Assembly: GCF_009914755.1 (NCBI RefSeq)
Contig: NC_060933.1
Origin: the human T2T-CHM13v2.0 reference genome, Homo sapiens
Reading direction: 5' to 3' (one strand)
Length of the DNA: 64,000 nt
A program made the position numbers and the translations under genes. How positions within the stretch are numbered: position 1 is the first letter of the stretch; every line of letters starts with the position of its first letter. Below are positions 18,291-36,008 of the stretch, piece after piece. The notes under the pieces are model-generated. The model worked only from the letters and a program-made list of their open reading frames with translations, searched no databases and had not been told where the DNA came from.

Positions 18291-18921
18291 AGATAACAGA
18301 AAATCATATGTGGTTATGTAAGAATACACTATACAACAATGAAATGTTGCTACATACAACATGGATTACTCTCATAAACGTACTAAGCCAAAAAAGCCAG
18401 ACAACAAAGAGTATACATTGTATGATTCCACTTATATAATATTAAACACACAAACACAAAGGCCAAACTGTCATATTAGAAATGTGACAAGGACAGAAAT
18501 TACTTAGGATTGTTTCTGGGAGTGTAGCATAGTACTGGATATATAAGTGTACTTACTGTACAAAAATTCATCAAGCTGTGTATTTATCATTTGTACATCT
18601 TTCTGTACACATTATACTTCCATTAAAAGCTTACACAAAAAGGTATCTGGTTCCTATTTTATTTTAGCCATGAGGAAACTTTAGGAAAATATATCATTCT
18701 ATAGAATCATATTTTCCTCAGATCAAACTCCTAACACAGCTCAAAATCCTATAATTTTATATTGCGAGGGTAGGAGAACAGCTTTCCTATTTTCTGGTTT
18801 TTAGGACAATCAGGGAAATACAGAAATTGAAAAGTGCATAAAGTATTGAGATATCAGCTAATCCACTGGTTTTTCTAACTATATTACTCAGAAATATTAT
18901 AGGAACCCTCTAATGGTTTGA

Positions 18922-19251
<330 letters not shown>

Positions 19252-20138
19252 TTGAATTTATTTAAAAAAAAAAAAAGTATTATAAACCCAGTATCTACAA
19301 GAAAAAAAAAATTGTCAGACTTCTCACATTTGACATGACAGTATAAAAAGATTAACAAATTATCTTTCAGTACAGCTGTATAAACCTATTTCAGTGCTCT
19401 GGAATTCAACCAAAGGCATAAAACAAACTGGGAGCATTTATTTATTAAGTTACTGAACTTCAGGCAGAAATGGTGGTTTTCAGTTTTGAGCTGCTACCAG
19501 ACTCCTGCCCTTCCCCCAACGCCAGCTCTGTGGGTATTAGTTTAAGCAGGGCATGCTGCTGCCTGAGAGGACTCGTTGGATTTGGAGTGTTGTCAAGTTA
19601 ACGGGGCAAACACGGAAGACTAGTGGCAGACTGGTGGATTAGGCCAGGGATGTAACAGGTAGTTGTAGGAGGTGAGACAGCCACAAGAAGCTTGAAAAGC
19701 TCTCCCCAAATTGGTTGACTCTAGACGATACACACACATATAAGAGACTGGAACACACTCAAGCCACTCATACATCCTTGGCCATCAGAAGCTGCACATA
19801 CAGAGATTTCAAGAGAATCTGGCAGAGAGCAAAAGCCAGGGAAGAATTGAAAATGGCCTGAAGTAAGAATGCACTTCCAGCTCACATACAGATCCATTAG
19901 CAGAGAGCTGAAAGTTTACTGGCTCGAGGTGTTTAACTATAATCTCTTACCAATCTGACTGATCCCTAAATAATGGAGACAGAGAACCCAAGGAAGCCAA
20001 GCTTAAAAATAAAAATAAAAACTGAAAAGAGACATCAGCAGCTGCATACTGTAGAGACTTCACAGATTTAGTCCAAGCAAGTTACTAAACAAGCAAAACA
20101 AAAACAACCTTCAAGGTGAGAAAAAAATCAAAATCCAT

Positions 20139-20761
<623 letters not shown>

Positions 20762-20987
20762 TCCAAAATTGCAAAACTATATTATCTAAATATACAGGTT
20801 TTAACAAAAAATGATTGCAATATGCAAAGAAACAAGAACATATAACTCACTCAGGTAAAAAAAGGGAGTCAACAGGAGGAGTCTCTGAGTGTTCCCAGAT
20901 GTTGAATATTGCAGATGAAAACTTCAAAGCAGATACTATAAATATGTTCAAAGAACTAAACGAACCCATGTTTAAAGAATTAGAAGA

Positions 20988-21434
20988 GACCAGGTGTGGT
21001 GGCTCACACCTGTAATCCCAGCACTTTTGGAGACTGAGGCAAGAGGACTGCCTGAGCCCAGGAGTTTGAGACCAGCCTAGACAACATAGTGAGACCCCAC
21101 TCGTAAAAAAAAAAAAAAAAAAAAGAATTAAAGGAAAGTATGGGACAGGTGTGGTGGCTTACGCCTATAATCTCAGCACTTTGGGAGGCCAGCCGAGGCA
21201 GGCAGATCACTTGAGGTGAGGAGTTCGAGACCAGCCTGGCCAATATGGTGAAACCCTGTCTCTACTAAAAATACAAAAATTAGTCGGACGTGGTGGCACA
21301 CACCTATAGTCCCAGCTACTCGGGAGGCTGAGAATCGCCTGAAACCAGGAGGTGGAGGTTGCAGTGAGCCGAGATCATGCCACTGCACTCCAGCCTGAGT
21401 GACAGAGAAAGACTGCGTCTCCAAAAAAAAAAAA
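20988..21434 (+). mobile_element. FLAM (20988-21124) and AluSx-like (21143-21434)
   Basis: Monomer with A-tail followed by a full dimer. Confidence 0.88.
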
Positions 21435-21721
21435 GTATGTGAATCACTCAGTGAATAGGAAATTTCAAATAGAATATAAAAATTATAAAAAAGAAATGTG
21501 GAAATGCTGCAGTTAAAAATTTGGTAATCAAAATCAACAATCCACTAAAGTGACAACACAGACAATTTAAGATGAACAAAGAAAGAAACAGTAACCTTGA
21601 AGACAAATAAATAGAAATTATTCAAACAAAAGCTTAGAAAACAATTGGCAAAAAAATAAAAATAAATAAACAGCTCCTCAGAGATGTATGAGACATTATC
21701 AAGTGTGAAACACTTACCTAT

Positions 21722-22024
<303 letters not shown>

Positions 22025-22218
22025 CTATAAGGAGAGTCTCAAAAGGAGTAAAGAGACAGTAAAAATATTTGAAGAAATAATGGTCAAAAACTTCCCAAAC
22101 GTGATGAAAAGCATTAATCTACAGAAACAAGAAGCTCAACAAACCCCAAGTAAAATAAACAAAAAAGACATTCACACCTACACACATTATAGCATAGTCA
22201 AACTATCACAGAGTTGGG

Positions 22219-22578
<360 letters not shown>

Positions 22579-22959
22579 TGACAGATACCCAACATAATGA
22601 AATGTATCTAATACTACTGAACTGTATACTTCAAAACAGTGAAAATGGTAAGTTTGTTATGTGTATTTTACCATAATTTTTTTAAATGGGAAAAAAAGTG
22701 ATTTGGTTTATCTATATTCATATTAAAAATGTGTCCTGAAAAAACACATGTATTTGTTCAAAGAATATATTTATTAAGCACCGACTATATCCCAGGCAGC
22801 ACTATGCAAACAGTGAGGAAAATTAGAATCTCATGAAACTCAAAATGGGACTAATTATCCTCATTAACTAATAACTAATAACCTACTATAGGTTTCCTAC
22901 TATGAAGGAAAAACTACTGTAATAAGAAAAAAAGGATTAAGGATGCAGGCAATTTTTAA

Positions 22960-23316
<357 letters not shown>

Positions 23317-23501
23317 TAACTGTGCCAGAAGAATTAAAAACTTTAAAAGGTTCACAACAAAGTCTTATGTAAGGCTAACAGGCTAACAGCCACCCTCTAA
23401 AGTTCTCTGCTGTCTAAACCTTATTTAAGAACAAAGATTATCCGTACCCAGAGGGATTCTTTAGTAAGGCAAAATGATGATTAGGAAGAGTTAAGCTCCA
23501 A

Positions 23502-23645
23502 TTTTTTTTTTTAATTTTTGTTTTTTTAGAGATGGGGTCTTGCTATGTTGCCCAGGCTAGACTTGAACTCCTGAGCTCAAGCAATCCTCCTGCCTCAGCT
23601 TACTGAATAGCTGGGCCTAAAGGCATATGCTACTGTACCCCGCCC
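23502..23645 (-). mobile_element. FLAM
   Basis: Single left monomer. Confidence 0.85.
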
Positions 23646-24019
23646 ATCAATAATTTTTAAAGAATAATTAAGACAACTGAAACTTAACTCCAGTTTAAAA
23701 TATTTTATTAAAATTAAGTGTTAAATAGTTGTAAGCCACCTAAGATCTGCCCCCGCCATCTTTTCTTTGGCATCTCTCTTCCTTCTAACTACATCATAGA
23801 TGAAACGTACAAGTTCTTGCTAAGATATTCAATACCACCTCTGAAGAAATGGCTATAGATAAGCTATGAAAAACTGAAATTTAGACATTCCTACAATTAT
23901 TACTCATTGTTACAAAGTACTCACCAATCTGCTATTTACTATGTTCTTAAGTCAAAGACCATTAACATCCTCCTAAAGAAGTTACAGACTTCAACAATGC
24001 TCTGCAATTTCCTGTAGGA

Positions 24020-24335
24020 CAGGACCCTATGAGTCCATGGCCTGTTATGAACCCAGCCACACAGAGCAGCAGGCGAGCAAGCATTACCACCTGAGTTCTG
24101 CCTCCTGTCAGATCAGCAGCGGCATTAGATTCTCATAGGGGTGCAAACCCTACTCTGAACTGCGCATGTGAGGGGTCTAAGTTGCGCTCATTATGAGAAT
24201 CTAACTAATAATGCCTGATGGTCTGAGGTGGAACAGTTTCATCCTGAAACCATCCCCCAACCAACCCAATTCTGTGGAAACATTGTCTTCCACGAAACCA
24301 GTCCCTAGTGCTAAAAAAGTTTGGGAGTTGCTGCT
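24020..24335. mobile_element. MER1B (hAT-Charlie MITE)
   Basis: gcctcctgtcagatcagcagcggcattagattctcatagg...ttatgagaatctaa...gaggtggaacagtttcatcctgaaacc. Confidence 0.88.
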
Positions 24336-24632
24336 GTAGAGTATCTTAAAGATCTTCCTAAACATATACAGTTCATTTGTATAACAGCACCCCCAAGTTT
24401 ACTTCAATAGGAGTGCAGTGCTACCCAGGAATATTTAAAGAGGTGTTTTGTGTTACATGTGGTTCAGAAACCACAATGGAAAAAAAAAAAAAAAAAAAAC
24501 CAATGAAACAAGCTGTTTTAAATCACTATCAAGAGCTACTCCCAAACACGTATCTAGACATACACAGTGATACATGCCTAAGAACTTATCTCTTTCTCTT
24601 ACAAAACACAAACCCAGTTCAGCAATACTTAC

Positions 24633-24728
24633 AGTCAACATTGGAGTTGTCAAAAGGCCCCACGCAAAGAATTCAAGGAAGATGACAATAGCAGCATGGT
24701 ACACACTTGGTGGGCCAAAGCCTTGTAG
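24633..24728 (-). CDS. MFSD14C: MFSD14-family coding exon (96 nt, phase 0-0): LQGFGPPSVYHAAIVIFLEFFAWGLLTTPMLT, contains the first TM helix
   Basis: Minus-strand acceptor ttttttag|CTACAA and donor TTGACT|gtaagt; overlaps ORF 24453..24704; hydrophobic stretch typical of HIAT1-family TM1. Confidence 0.93.
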
Positions 24729-24928
24729 CTAAAAAAGAAAGTTATTATGAAAATTAGCAAAGAAATATAAGAAATCTATTATCTTAAAATGGTATAGAAA
24801 AAAATGTGTAAAAATGTGTAAAAAAATTTAGGGCCTACCTCTGTCATTTAAAATAAAACTTCATTCTGTGTTATCCTTGATGCCTTCACTTTCCCTAATA
24901 AGGGAAGATGCTAAGATTATAGACTTTC

Positions 24929-25277
<349 letters not shown>

Positions 25278-25719
25278 TCAACTGGATCTTCAAGAAACTA
25301 AGTTTCCAAGATCTGACTGCTCTGTCCCTTACGAATTACGTGTTCCTTAGCAACTTAACTTCTCTAGGGCTGAAGTTTCTTTACCGACATAATAAGAGAG
25401 ATGGGTATGGGCATCACATGCTCAAAGGCCTGAGGGGCAGCTCGGATGACTTTAAATCAGTATGGAATATCTTGAGATATCCCAATTCTAGAGATGTTTA
25501 GAAGCAGAGGATGAAAAGTGTGCAATAATGTCTTTGCACGCTCTTATTTATCATCTCTCCCACAGATTACTGCAATGACCTGTTAACCCTGCCTTGACTC
25601 GTTTTCCCTGTCCCCTCCAAACTTGTGGTGACATTACACTCAGAGTGAACTTTTTAAAAATACAAATCTTATTCCATCACTCCTGTGGAAAACTGCGAAA
25701 ACAAGGAACTGCAAAAACA

Positions 25720-26195
25720 AAGAGCTACAAATTGCTCTCATTCCTGTACACACACATTTTCACAATATGACTTTGCTGCCAATTCCATCAAAAGGTTCAA
25801 TCTGTTTCTCCATGTCCCTAGATCAAAGCTGGTTTGACAACTTCCTCTAACCAACAGTCAGGTGAAGACAAAACATGGATTTCTGAACCTAGATTGCCAA
25901 AGATCAAGACTACCACAAGGAGAAATATCTTCCTGCCACAGGCATATGAGAGGATAAGAAACTCTCCCTATCAAGGCCTCACAGACAAACCAGTTAACAG
26001 CCATCACCAACTGTCAGACATAGGAGCCAGGCCATCTTAGACGACCCAATTACAATCAGGCCTGCAGGTCACTGCAGAAGCATGAGACACACCGAGAGAA
26101 ATCAGTGAAGAACTCTCGCTGAGTTCCACTCAAACCCCTAACCCAAAGAATAGTAATAAATGGTTGTTGTTTTAAGCCATTAAGTATAAGGGTTG
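25720..26195 (+). mobile_element. MLT1-type MaLR LTR remnant
   Basis: tgactttgctgcc...ccatcaaaagg near the start and aataaatggttgttgttttaagccattaagt at the 3' end. Confidence 0.65.
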
Positions 26196-26208
26196 TTTCT
26201 TAATTAGT

Positions 26209-26337
26209 TTTTTTTTTTTTTTTTTTTTTTTTTTTGAGATGAAGTCTCGCTTTGTTGCCCAGGCTGGAGTGCAGTGGCGTGATCTCAGCTTACCGCAAAG
26301 TGCTGGGATTACAGGTATGAGCCCCCATACCCGGCCC
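26209..26337 (-). mobile_element. Alu with most of its interior deleted
   Basis: Alu 3' end joined directly to the Alu 5' end at ...ttaccgCAAAgtgctgggatt... Confidence 0.88.
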
Positions 26338-26449
26338 ACATTCTTTTTAATAGCTAACTACTCAGTATCTCATTGTATGAATGTGCCATAATTTTAACCA
26401 ATCGAATATTGATAGGAGTACATGGAATTTTCACTTATTTAAAACTGCT

Positions 26450-27440
26450 GCAATTAACTTTTTAAATTTTGGAATATTAAACCTACAGAAAAGTTGCAAA
26501 AACCAAGAGTTCCTGTATATCCTTCACCCAGCTTCCCCAAATGTTAAAATCTTCTATAACCATGGCATAATTATCTAAACCAGGAAATTAGCATTGCTAC
26601 AAAACTTTAATCTACATATCTTATTTGAATTTTGCCATTTTTCCCATTTTCTTTTTCTGGTTCAGAATCTAATCAAAGATTTAACACTGCATTTAGTTCT
26701 CACATTTCTTTAGGCTCTTCCAATCTAAGTCAGTTCCCAAGACTTTTATTTTTTTACTTTCATGATCTTGATACTTTCAGGGAATACTAGTATACTCTTC
26801 ACCAATAATTTTATAGAGTGTCCCTCAATTTGAATTAATCTAATATTCTCTCATGATTAGATTGAGGTTATACATTTTATTTTATAAAAATATGTCACAT
26901 CTCATAAAATTCACCATTTTCAAGTGCACACAAGTCAGCGGTTTTTGGAATATTCACAAGATTATACAACCATCACCACTATCTAACTCCAGAACATGTT
27001 TATCACCCCCCAAAAGAAGCCCTACACCTATTAGGAGACATTCTTCATTTCCTTCTCCCCCTACTTCCCCTCAGAACCACTAATCTACTTTCTGTCTCTA
27101 TGGATTTGCCTATTCTGGGATCATACATAAATAGAATCCATAAATGGAATCACACAACATGTAGCCTTTTGTGTCTAGCTTCTTCCAATCAGCATATTTT
27201 CAAGGTTCATCCATGTTGTAGCATGTGTCAGTATTTCATTCAATTTTATAGCTAAATGATATTCCACTGCATCGATATACTGCATTTTGTTTATCCATTC
27301 ATCAGTTCATAGACACTTGGGTTGTTTCCATCTTTGGCTATTATGAATAATGCTGCTATAAACATTGATGTACAAGTTTTTGTATGAACATGTTTCCAGT
27401 TCCCCTGGCTATACACATAAGGGTGAAAATGGTGGGACTA
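26450..27440 (-). mobile_element. L1MC and L1MB 3' ends
   Basis: ccactaatctactttctgtctctatggatttgcctattctgg and tttatccattcatcagtt motifs. Confidence 0.8.
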
Positions 27441-27943
27441 TTAATATCCTTTTATTAGCATTCTAGGATAAATTTCTAGAAGTGAAGTTGCAGGGCCAAA
27501 GAATATACACATTCTAATTTAGAATCCAATTATAATTTTAAGGTTTCACTAATTAGGAGTCAAAAAAATACTTCATCTTATGTCACCTAATCAACTATCT
27601 CTAACATATAAAAGGCTTCTAAAAATGTTAAGAAAAAGACTAACAGCCCAATAAAAAGATTGGCAAGAAATATGAACCAGTTCACTGAAATCAAATGTCC
27701 CTTAGTAGCCTCACTTGTATTAAGAAACATGCAAAATTAAGCTAAATTCAAACACAAGTTCTCAGTATCAGACATTAAAAATTCAAAAATTCAAACGTTT
27801 GTAAACTATTGATGAAGCAACTGAAAAGAAACACAAACTGCAAATAGGAATGAAAAATGGTACACCACTATGGAAGAAAATTCAGCAACATCTAGACAAA
27901 TTATATATTTACCCTTTGAAGCAACAATTCTACTTTATCCTTA

Positions 27944-28331
<388 letters not shown>

Positions 28332-28719
28332 TTAGAATCCTGCCACTTCACAGCCTTACTGAAATAGTGAATCTAGGCCATGACCATTAACGGCCACTGA
28401 AATCACTGGGTAAAAGCTGACAAGGTACAAGGGAATAATCAAACTGATAACACCTGAAACCTGATCAATCATAACATCACAGACAGAGATCATTTGCCAC
28501 ATGATGTAATACAACAAAAAAATACCACCACTTAAGAAGTATTCTTTGAAAAAACAAAGTGAAACAAAAAACCTGGATTCAATGCAGTCAAGACATAAAC
28601 CAGTATACAGAAAATGCAGGTAAAACAAGATTGGCCTTGTTGCAGTAGGGTGATGAATATGGGGAGGTATTCCTAATAATATGTAAAGGTAACCACAAAA
28701 AAAGCTTTAAACAGATTGC

Positions 28720-28789
28720 TAAAAAGAAAAGAACTTACAGTCTCATTAACAATTTAAAAAAAGAACAACTTACAGTCTCCTTAACAATT
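28720..28789. repeat. About 35-bp tandem duplication
   Basis: AACTTACAGTCTC(A/C)TTAACAATT at 28732 and 28767. Confidence 0.85.
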
Positions 28790-28846
28790 CTGGAGGATAC
28801 CTGTCCTGCCATATCCTAAGACTGCATAATAATTTTTTAATTTTTT

Positions 28847-29121
28847 GCCAGGTGCGGTGGCTCATGCCTGTAATCCCAGCACTTTGGGAGGCCGAGGCAG
28901 GCATTTCAGGACCAGCCTGGCCAACATGGCAAAACCCCATCTCTACTAAAAATACAAAAATTAGCCAGGCGTGACGGCAAGTGCCTGTAATCCTAGCTGC
29001 TCAGGAGGCTGAGGCAGGAGAACCACTGGAACCCAGGAGGCGGAGGCTGCAGTGAGCCAAGATCACACCACTGCACTCCAGCCTGGGGGACAGAGTGAGA
29101 CTCCATCTCAAATAATAATAA
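28847..29121 (+). mobile_element. AluS with a small left-arm deletion
   Basis: TSD-like ATAATAATTTT. Confidence 0.88.
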
Positions 29122-29367
29122 TTTTAAAATTTTTGCTAATTTGATTTTTTTAATGGTTATCTAATTTTATTTTGTATTTCCCTTACTCCCAATGAAGCTG
29201 AGCTTCTTTCCCATGATTAGGAATTTGCATTTCTTTTTCTGTGAACTGCCTATTCATCTTCTGTCAATTTTTTATTGGTGACTTTAATCTTTCATATTGA
29301 TTTATAGGACCCCTTTAGAATCAATATTAAAAACATTTATACAATGCAACATCAAATTATCATTCTC

Positions 29368-29799
29368 AGCCAGGAGCGGTGGTGTGCACCTGTAGTCCCA
29401 GCTATTTGGAAGGATCACCTGAGCCTAGGAGTTCAAGTCCAGCCTGGGCAACACAGCAAGAACCCCATCTCTTAGGGGGGAAAAAAAATAGGCCCAGTGC
29501 AGTAGCTCATGCCAGTAATCCTGGCACTCTGTGAGGCTCAGGCGGCAGGTGGGAGATTTACTTGAGGCTAGGAGTTCAAGACCAGTATAGACAACACAGT
29601 GAGACTCGATCTCTCCAAAAAATTTAAAAATTAACCAGGCATGGTGACATGTGTCTGTAGTACCACCTCCTCAGGAGACTGAGGCAGGAAGATCGCTGGA
29701 GCGCAGGAGTTTAAGGCTACAATGAGCTATGACTGCACCACTGCACTCTAGCCTGGGCCACAAAGTGAGACTCCAGTCTCGTTTAGGAAAAAAAAAAAA
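29368..29799 (+). mobile_element. FLAM followed by AluJ
   Basis: Monomer plus diverged dimer. Confidence 0.85.
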
Positions 29800-30448
29800 G
29801 CCATCGTCCTCACCTACCGGCATCAATACTCTCTAAAAATAAAAGGCACAAATACACAAATCAACAATAGCTGGAGACTTCAATACCCATTTTCAGTAAC
29901 TGATAGAACAATTAGAAGATCAGCAAGAAATAGAAGACTTCAGTAACACTGTACACTAACTAAACCTAACAGACATTTATTGAACACTCTTCCCAACAAG
30001 ATATAAATCCTCAAGTGCACATGAGAAGACTGTAAAACAAGTTTGAATAAATTTAAAAGGAGTTAATTTATACAAACTATGTTCTTGACCACACAGAATG
30101 AAATTAGATATCATTAACTTAAGAAAATTTGGAAAATTCATGAATATTAAAATATTTAAACATACTCCTAAATAACAGATAAAAGAAATCACAAGGAAAG
30201 TTACAAAACTTTCATTTGAACAAAAATGAAAATGTAACACCCCAGTTGAATGCAGCTTAAAGCAGCGCTTAACAGAAAGTGTACAGCTATAGATGTGTGG
30301 TTATAAAAGATCTCAAATCAATAATTTAACTTTCCACCGTAAGAAACTAGAAGAGAGCAAACTAAACTCAAAGCAAGGAAAGAAAGATCAGAGCAGATAC
30401 AAACGTGATACAGAATAGAAAAGCAATGCAGAAAAATCAACAAAATCA

Positions 30449-31100
<652 letters not shown>

Positions 31101-31464
31101 TTAATGAAAATATCAAACTAATGGACAAACCAAGAAAACAGAAGACCTGAATTACTAATACCAGAAATGAAACAGAAGATAATAATGGTCAACCTTACAG
31201 AAACAGGATTATAAGGGAGTCTCATAGACAATTAGCCAACAAACTGGATAAATGAAACAAAATGGACAAACTCCTAGAAACACATAACCTACTAAAAATG
31301 AATCATGAAGAAACAGAAAATATAAATAGACCTATAACTAGTAAGGAGACTGAATCAGTAATCAAAAACCTCCCAGAATTCCAGCAGAGTTAAAGAATTA
31401 AACCTCTTCCCAAGACATGAAGAGGAGAGAGCACTTTCTAACTCACTCTCTGAAGCCAGCATTA

Positions 31465-32146
31465 CAGTAGTTGCCCCCTTATCCAAGGGGGATACATTCC
31501 AAGATCCCTAGTGGATGCCTCGAAAAGTACCAAACCCTATACAGCTGTTCCTCGACTTACAAAGGGGTTACGTCTCAATAAACCGACTGTAAGTTGAAAA
31601 TATACTAACTTGAAAGTCGCTTTAGACTTATGATATATTCAACCTACGATGGGCTTATCCAGACAACCCAATCGTAAGTAGAGGTGCATACTCAATGCAT
31701 ATTGCTTTTGCATGAAGGTAAAGTTGAAAAATCTGAAGTCCAACCATCAAATTTGGGACCATCTGTATATACTGTTTTTTCCTACACACACCTATGATTG
31801 AGTTTAATTTTTAATTAGGCACAGTCCTCTTGTGCTTTTGGTCATTATTAAATAAAATAAGGGCTACTTGAACACAAGCACTGTGATACTGCAGTCCATC
31901 CGATAACTGATGGCTGACTGACTAACAGATGGGCAGCATATAGAGTGTAAATGCTGGACGAAGGAATGGAGCAAGATGGCAAAATATTTCATCACACTAC
32001 TCAGAATGTGACGTGTAACTTAAAACTTACGAATTTTTATTTCTGGAATTTTCCATTTAGGATTATCAAACCTCAGCCCACTTCGGGTAACTGAAACCAT
32101 GGAAAGCAAAACCACAGAGAGCAAAATCACAGATCAGGGAGTACTG
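31465..32146. mobile_element. MER44 (Tigger7-derived) with a nested MER47/Tigger5-type element at 31542-31765
   Basis: TA|cagtagttgcccccttatcc start; inner TA|cagctgttcctcgacttac...gggaccatctg|TA. Confidence 0.8.
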
Positions 32147-32191
32147 CCATACTCTAAAAAAGCCAGACAAAGACACTACAAGAAAACTATA

Positions 32192-32492
32192 GAGCCAGGC
32201 ACAGTGGCTCATGCCTGTAATCCCAGCACTTTGGGAGGCCGAGGCGGGTGGATCACAAGGTCAAGAGTTCGACACCAGCCTGGCCAACATAGTGAAACCA
32301 CGCCTCTTCCAAGAATACAAAAATTAGCTGGGTGTGGTAGTGCGTGCCTGTAATCTCAGCTACTCAGGTGATGGAGGCCAGAAAATTGCTTGAATCTGGG
32401 AGGCGGAGGTTGCAGTGAGCTGAGATCATGCCACTGCACTCTAGCCTGGGTGACAGAGCAAGACTCCATCTCAAAAAAAAAAAAAAAAGAAA
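32192..32492 (+). mobile_element. AluSg-like
   Basis: TSD AAGAAAACTA(T/C)AGA. Confidence 0.92.
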
Positions 32493-33197
32493 ACTACAGA
32501 CCAATTTTCCTTATGCACATTGATGCAAAAATCCTTAACAAAATATTGGCAAACCAAATTCAACAGTTTATTAAGCAGTTTATTATGGTTATACACCATA
32601 ACCAAGGACTTATTCTAAGAATGTAATAACAGTTCACCTATGAAAACCAATCAATGTAATACAACACATTAAAATAAAGAGGAAAAACCCACATAATCAT
32701 CTTAATTGATGCAGTAAAAGCATCTGACAAAATTCAACACACTTTCATAATAAAAACACTTAGAAAGCTAAGAAAAGAATAAAATTATCTCAAATAATAA
32801 AGGCCAAATATGAAAAACCCATACTTCACATCATATTCAATGGGGAAAGGCTGGAAAAAGGCTGGAAACTTTTCCTCTAAGATCAGAAACAAGACAAAGA
32901 TGCATACTTTCCCCACTTCTATTCAGTATAATACAATACTGGAAATTCTAGCCAGAGTAATACGGCAAGAAAAAGAAAGAAAAGGCATCCAAACTGGAAA
33001 TGAAGAAGTAAAATTATCTCTGTTCGCTGATGACAAGATCTCATAAGACCCTAAAAATTCCACACACAAAAAACCTGTTACAACTAATAAATGAATTTAA
33101 CAAAGTTACAAGATACAAAATCAACATTAAAAATCAGCTGCATTTCTATACACTAAAGATTAACAATGTTAAAATGAAACTTAAAAAATTCAAATTG

Positions 33198-33801
<604 letters not shown>

Positions 33802-34231
33802 TTCAAGTTGCAATAGCATCATAAAGAATAAGATACTTAGGAATAAATTTAACCAAGAAGGTGAATGACCTCTATGCTTAAAACTGTAAGACACTGCTGA
33901 AAGAAATTAAAGAAGGTATAAATAAACATAAAGACATCCCATGTTCATGGATTTAAAGATTTAATATAGTTAAGGTATCACTGTTACCAAAAGTGATCTG
34001 CAGATTCAATGCCAGTCCTATCAAAATCCCAATGATGCTTTTTGCAAGAAGAGAAAACTCCATCCTAAAATTTATATAGAATCTTAAGGGACCCCCAATA
34101 GCCAAAACAATCTTGAAAAAGAAAAAAAATTATCTCACACTTTCTGAATTCAGAACTTACTATAAACATATGGCAATCAAAACAGTGTGGTTCTGGCATA
34201 AAAACAGACATGTAGACCAACAGAATAAAAA

Positions 34232-34348
34232 GCCCAAGTGGGCATGGTGGTGTGTGCCTGTATTTCTACCCACTGAGGAAGCTTAGACAGGAGAATCACT
34301 TGAGCCCAGGAGTTCAAGTCCAGTCTGGGCAACATGGCAAAGCCCAGT
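34232..34348 (+). mobile_element. FLAM-like monomer
   Basis: Monomer whose tail is interrupted by an antisense AluY. Confidence 0.75.
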
Positions 34349-34655
34349 CTTTTTTTTTTTTTTTTTTTTTGAGACGGAGTCTCGCTCTGTCGCCCAGGCT
34401 GGAGTGCAGTGGCGTGATTTCCGCTCACTGCAAGCGTGGTCCACCTCCCGGGTTCATGCCATTCTCCTGCCTCAGCCTCCCGAGTATCTGGGACTACAGA
34501 CGCCCGCCACCATGCCCGGCTAATTTTTTGTATTTTTAGTAGAGACGGGGTTTCACCATGTTAGCCAGGATAGTCTCGATCTCCTGACCTCGTGATCTGC
34601 CCGCCTCAGCCTTCCAAAGTCCTGGGATTACAGGCATGAGCCACTGCGCCCGGCC
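34349..34655 (-). mobile_element. AluY variant with a 4-bp insertion
   Basis: AluY diagnostics (gccattctcc, ttagccaggat); motif caagcGTGGtccacc; TSD AGTCTTTT. Confidence 0.92.
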
Positions 34656-35270
34656 TAGTCTTTTAAAAAAATAAATTAAAAGCCTGGAAATAAAAAGCCC
34701 AGAAGTAAATACATATATGTCACAAATGATAATGCAACAAGGGTACCAAGGCCATTTAATAAGAAAGGAAGGACAGTCTTTCAGCAAATGGTGATGGAAA
34801 AACTGGATATCCACATTAAAAAGAACGAAGTTGGATCGCTACCCTAAACCATATATAAAAGTTAATTCAAAATGGACCAAAAATCTAAACATAAAAGCAA
34901 AACCTATGAAACCCTTAGAAGAAAACATGGAGGAAGGCTTCCTGGTATTGGATTTGACAATGACTTCTTGGATATGGCACCAAAAGAACAGCCAACAAAA
35001 GAAAAAATACATAAAAATCAAACTTCATCAAAATGAAAAACCTTCATATATCAAAGGATACTATCAAGACAGTGAAAAGGCAATCTACAGAATGGCACAA
35101 AATGCATGCAAATCACATATCTGATAAGAGATTAATACCTAGAATATATAATAAACTTTTTCAACTCACAGACAAAATAACAACTCAATTAAAAACAGGC
35201 AAGGAAACTGAATAGACCTCTCTAAAAGAGATACACAAATGGCCAAGAAGCACATGAAAAGATACACATA

Positions 35271-35590
35271 GGCCGGGCGCGGTGGCTCATGTATGTATGT
35301 AACCCCAGCACTTTGGGAGGCTGAGGCAGACAGATCACTTGAGATCAGGAATTTGAAACCACCCTGGCCAACATGGTGAAACCCTGTCTCTAGTAAAAAT
35401 ACAAAAATTAGCCAGGCATGGTGGCGCATGCCTGTGTTCCTAGCTACTCTGGGGGCTGAAGCAGGAGAACTGCTTGAATCCGGGAGGCGGAGTTTGCAGT
35501 GAGCCAAGATTGCACCACTGCACTCCTGCCTAAGAGACAGACCAAAAATCTGTCCCCCAAAAAAACAAAAAAGAGAAAGAAAAAAGAAAA
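35271..35590 (+). mobile_element. AluSx-like
   Basis: TSD GAAAAGATACACAT. Confidence 0.92.
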
Positions 35591-35666
35591 GATACACATC
35601 ACTTATCATTAGGGAAATGCAAATCAAAACCATGAGGTATCACCATATACTCATTAGGATGGCTAC

Positions 35667-36008
35667 TGTCTTAATCTGTTTTGTGCTGCTGTAACAGGAT
35701 ACTTGAGACTGGGTAGTTTATAAATAACAGACATTTATTTTCCCACAGTTTTGGACGCAGGGAAGTCCAAAACAAGGTATTAGCATCTGGGGTGGACAGT
35801 CTTACAGCATCCTCACAAAGCAGAAGGTGGAAGGGCAAAAGCGGGTGAGCCCTCTCCCACAAGCCTTTTTAATAGCAGCATTAATCCATTGATAATGGTG
35901 TAGCCCTCATGACATAAACCCTTCCCAAAAGGCGCCACCTCCCAATTACTCCTGCACTGGGAATTAAGTTCCCAACACATGAATTTTGGGAGACACATTC
36001 AGACTACA
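35667..36008 (-). mobile_element. MST-type MaLR solo LTR
   Basis: tgtcttaatctgttttgtgctgctgtaacag...aacacatgaattttgggagacacattcagac. Confidence 0.85.

Noticed and set aside
24453-24632. Extension of ORF 24453..24704 past MLT (VSIAELGL...)
   Set aside because: Read-through into the intron after the gtaagt donor; the listed start is an internal GTG (Val).
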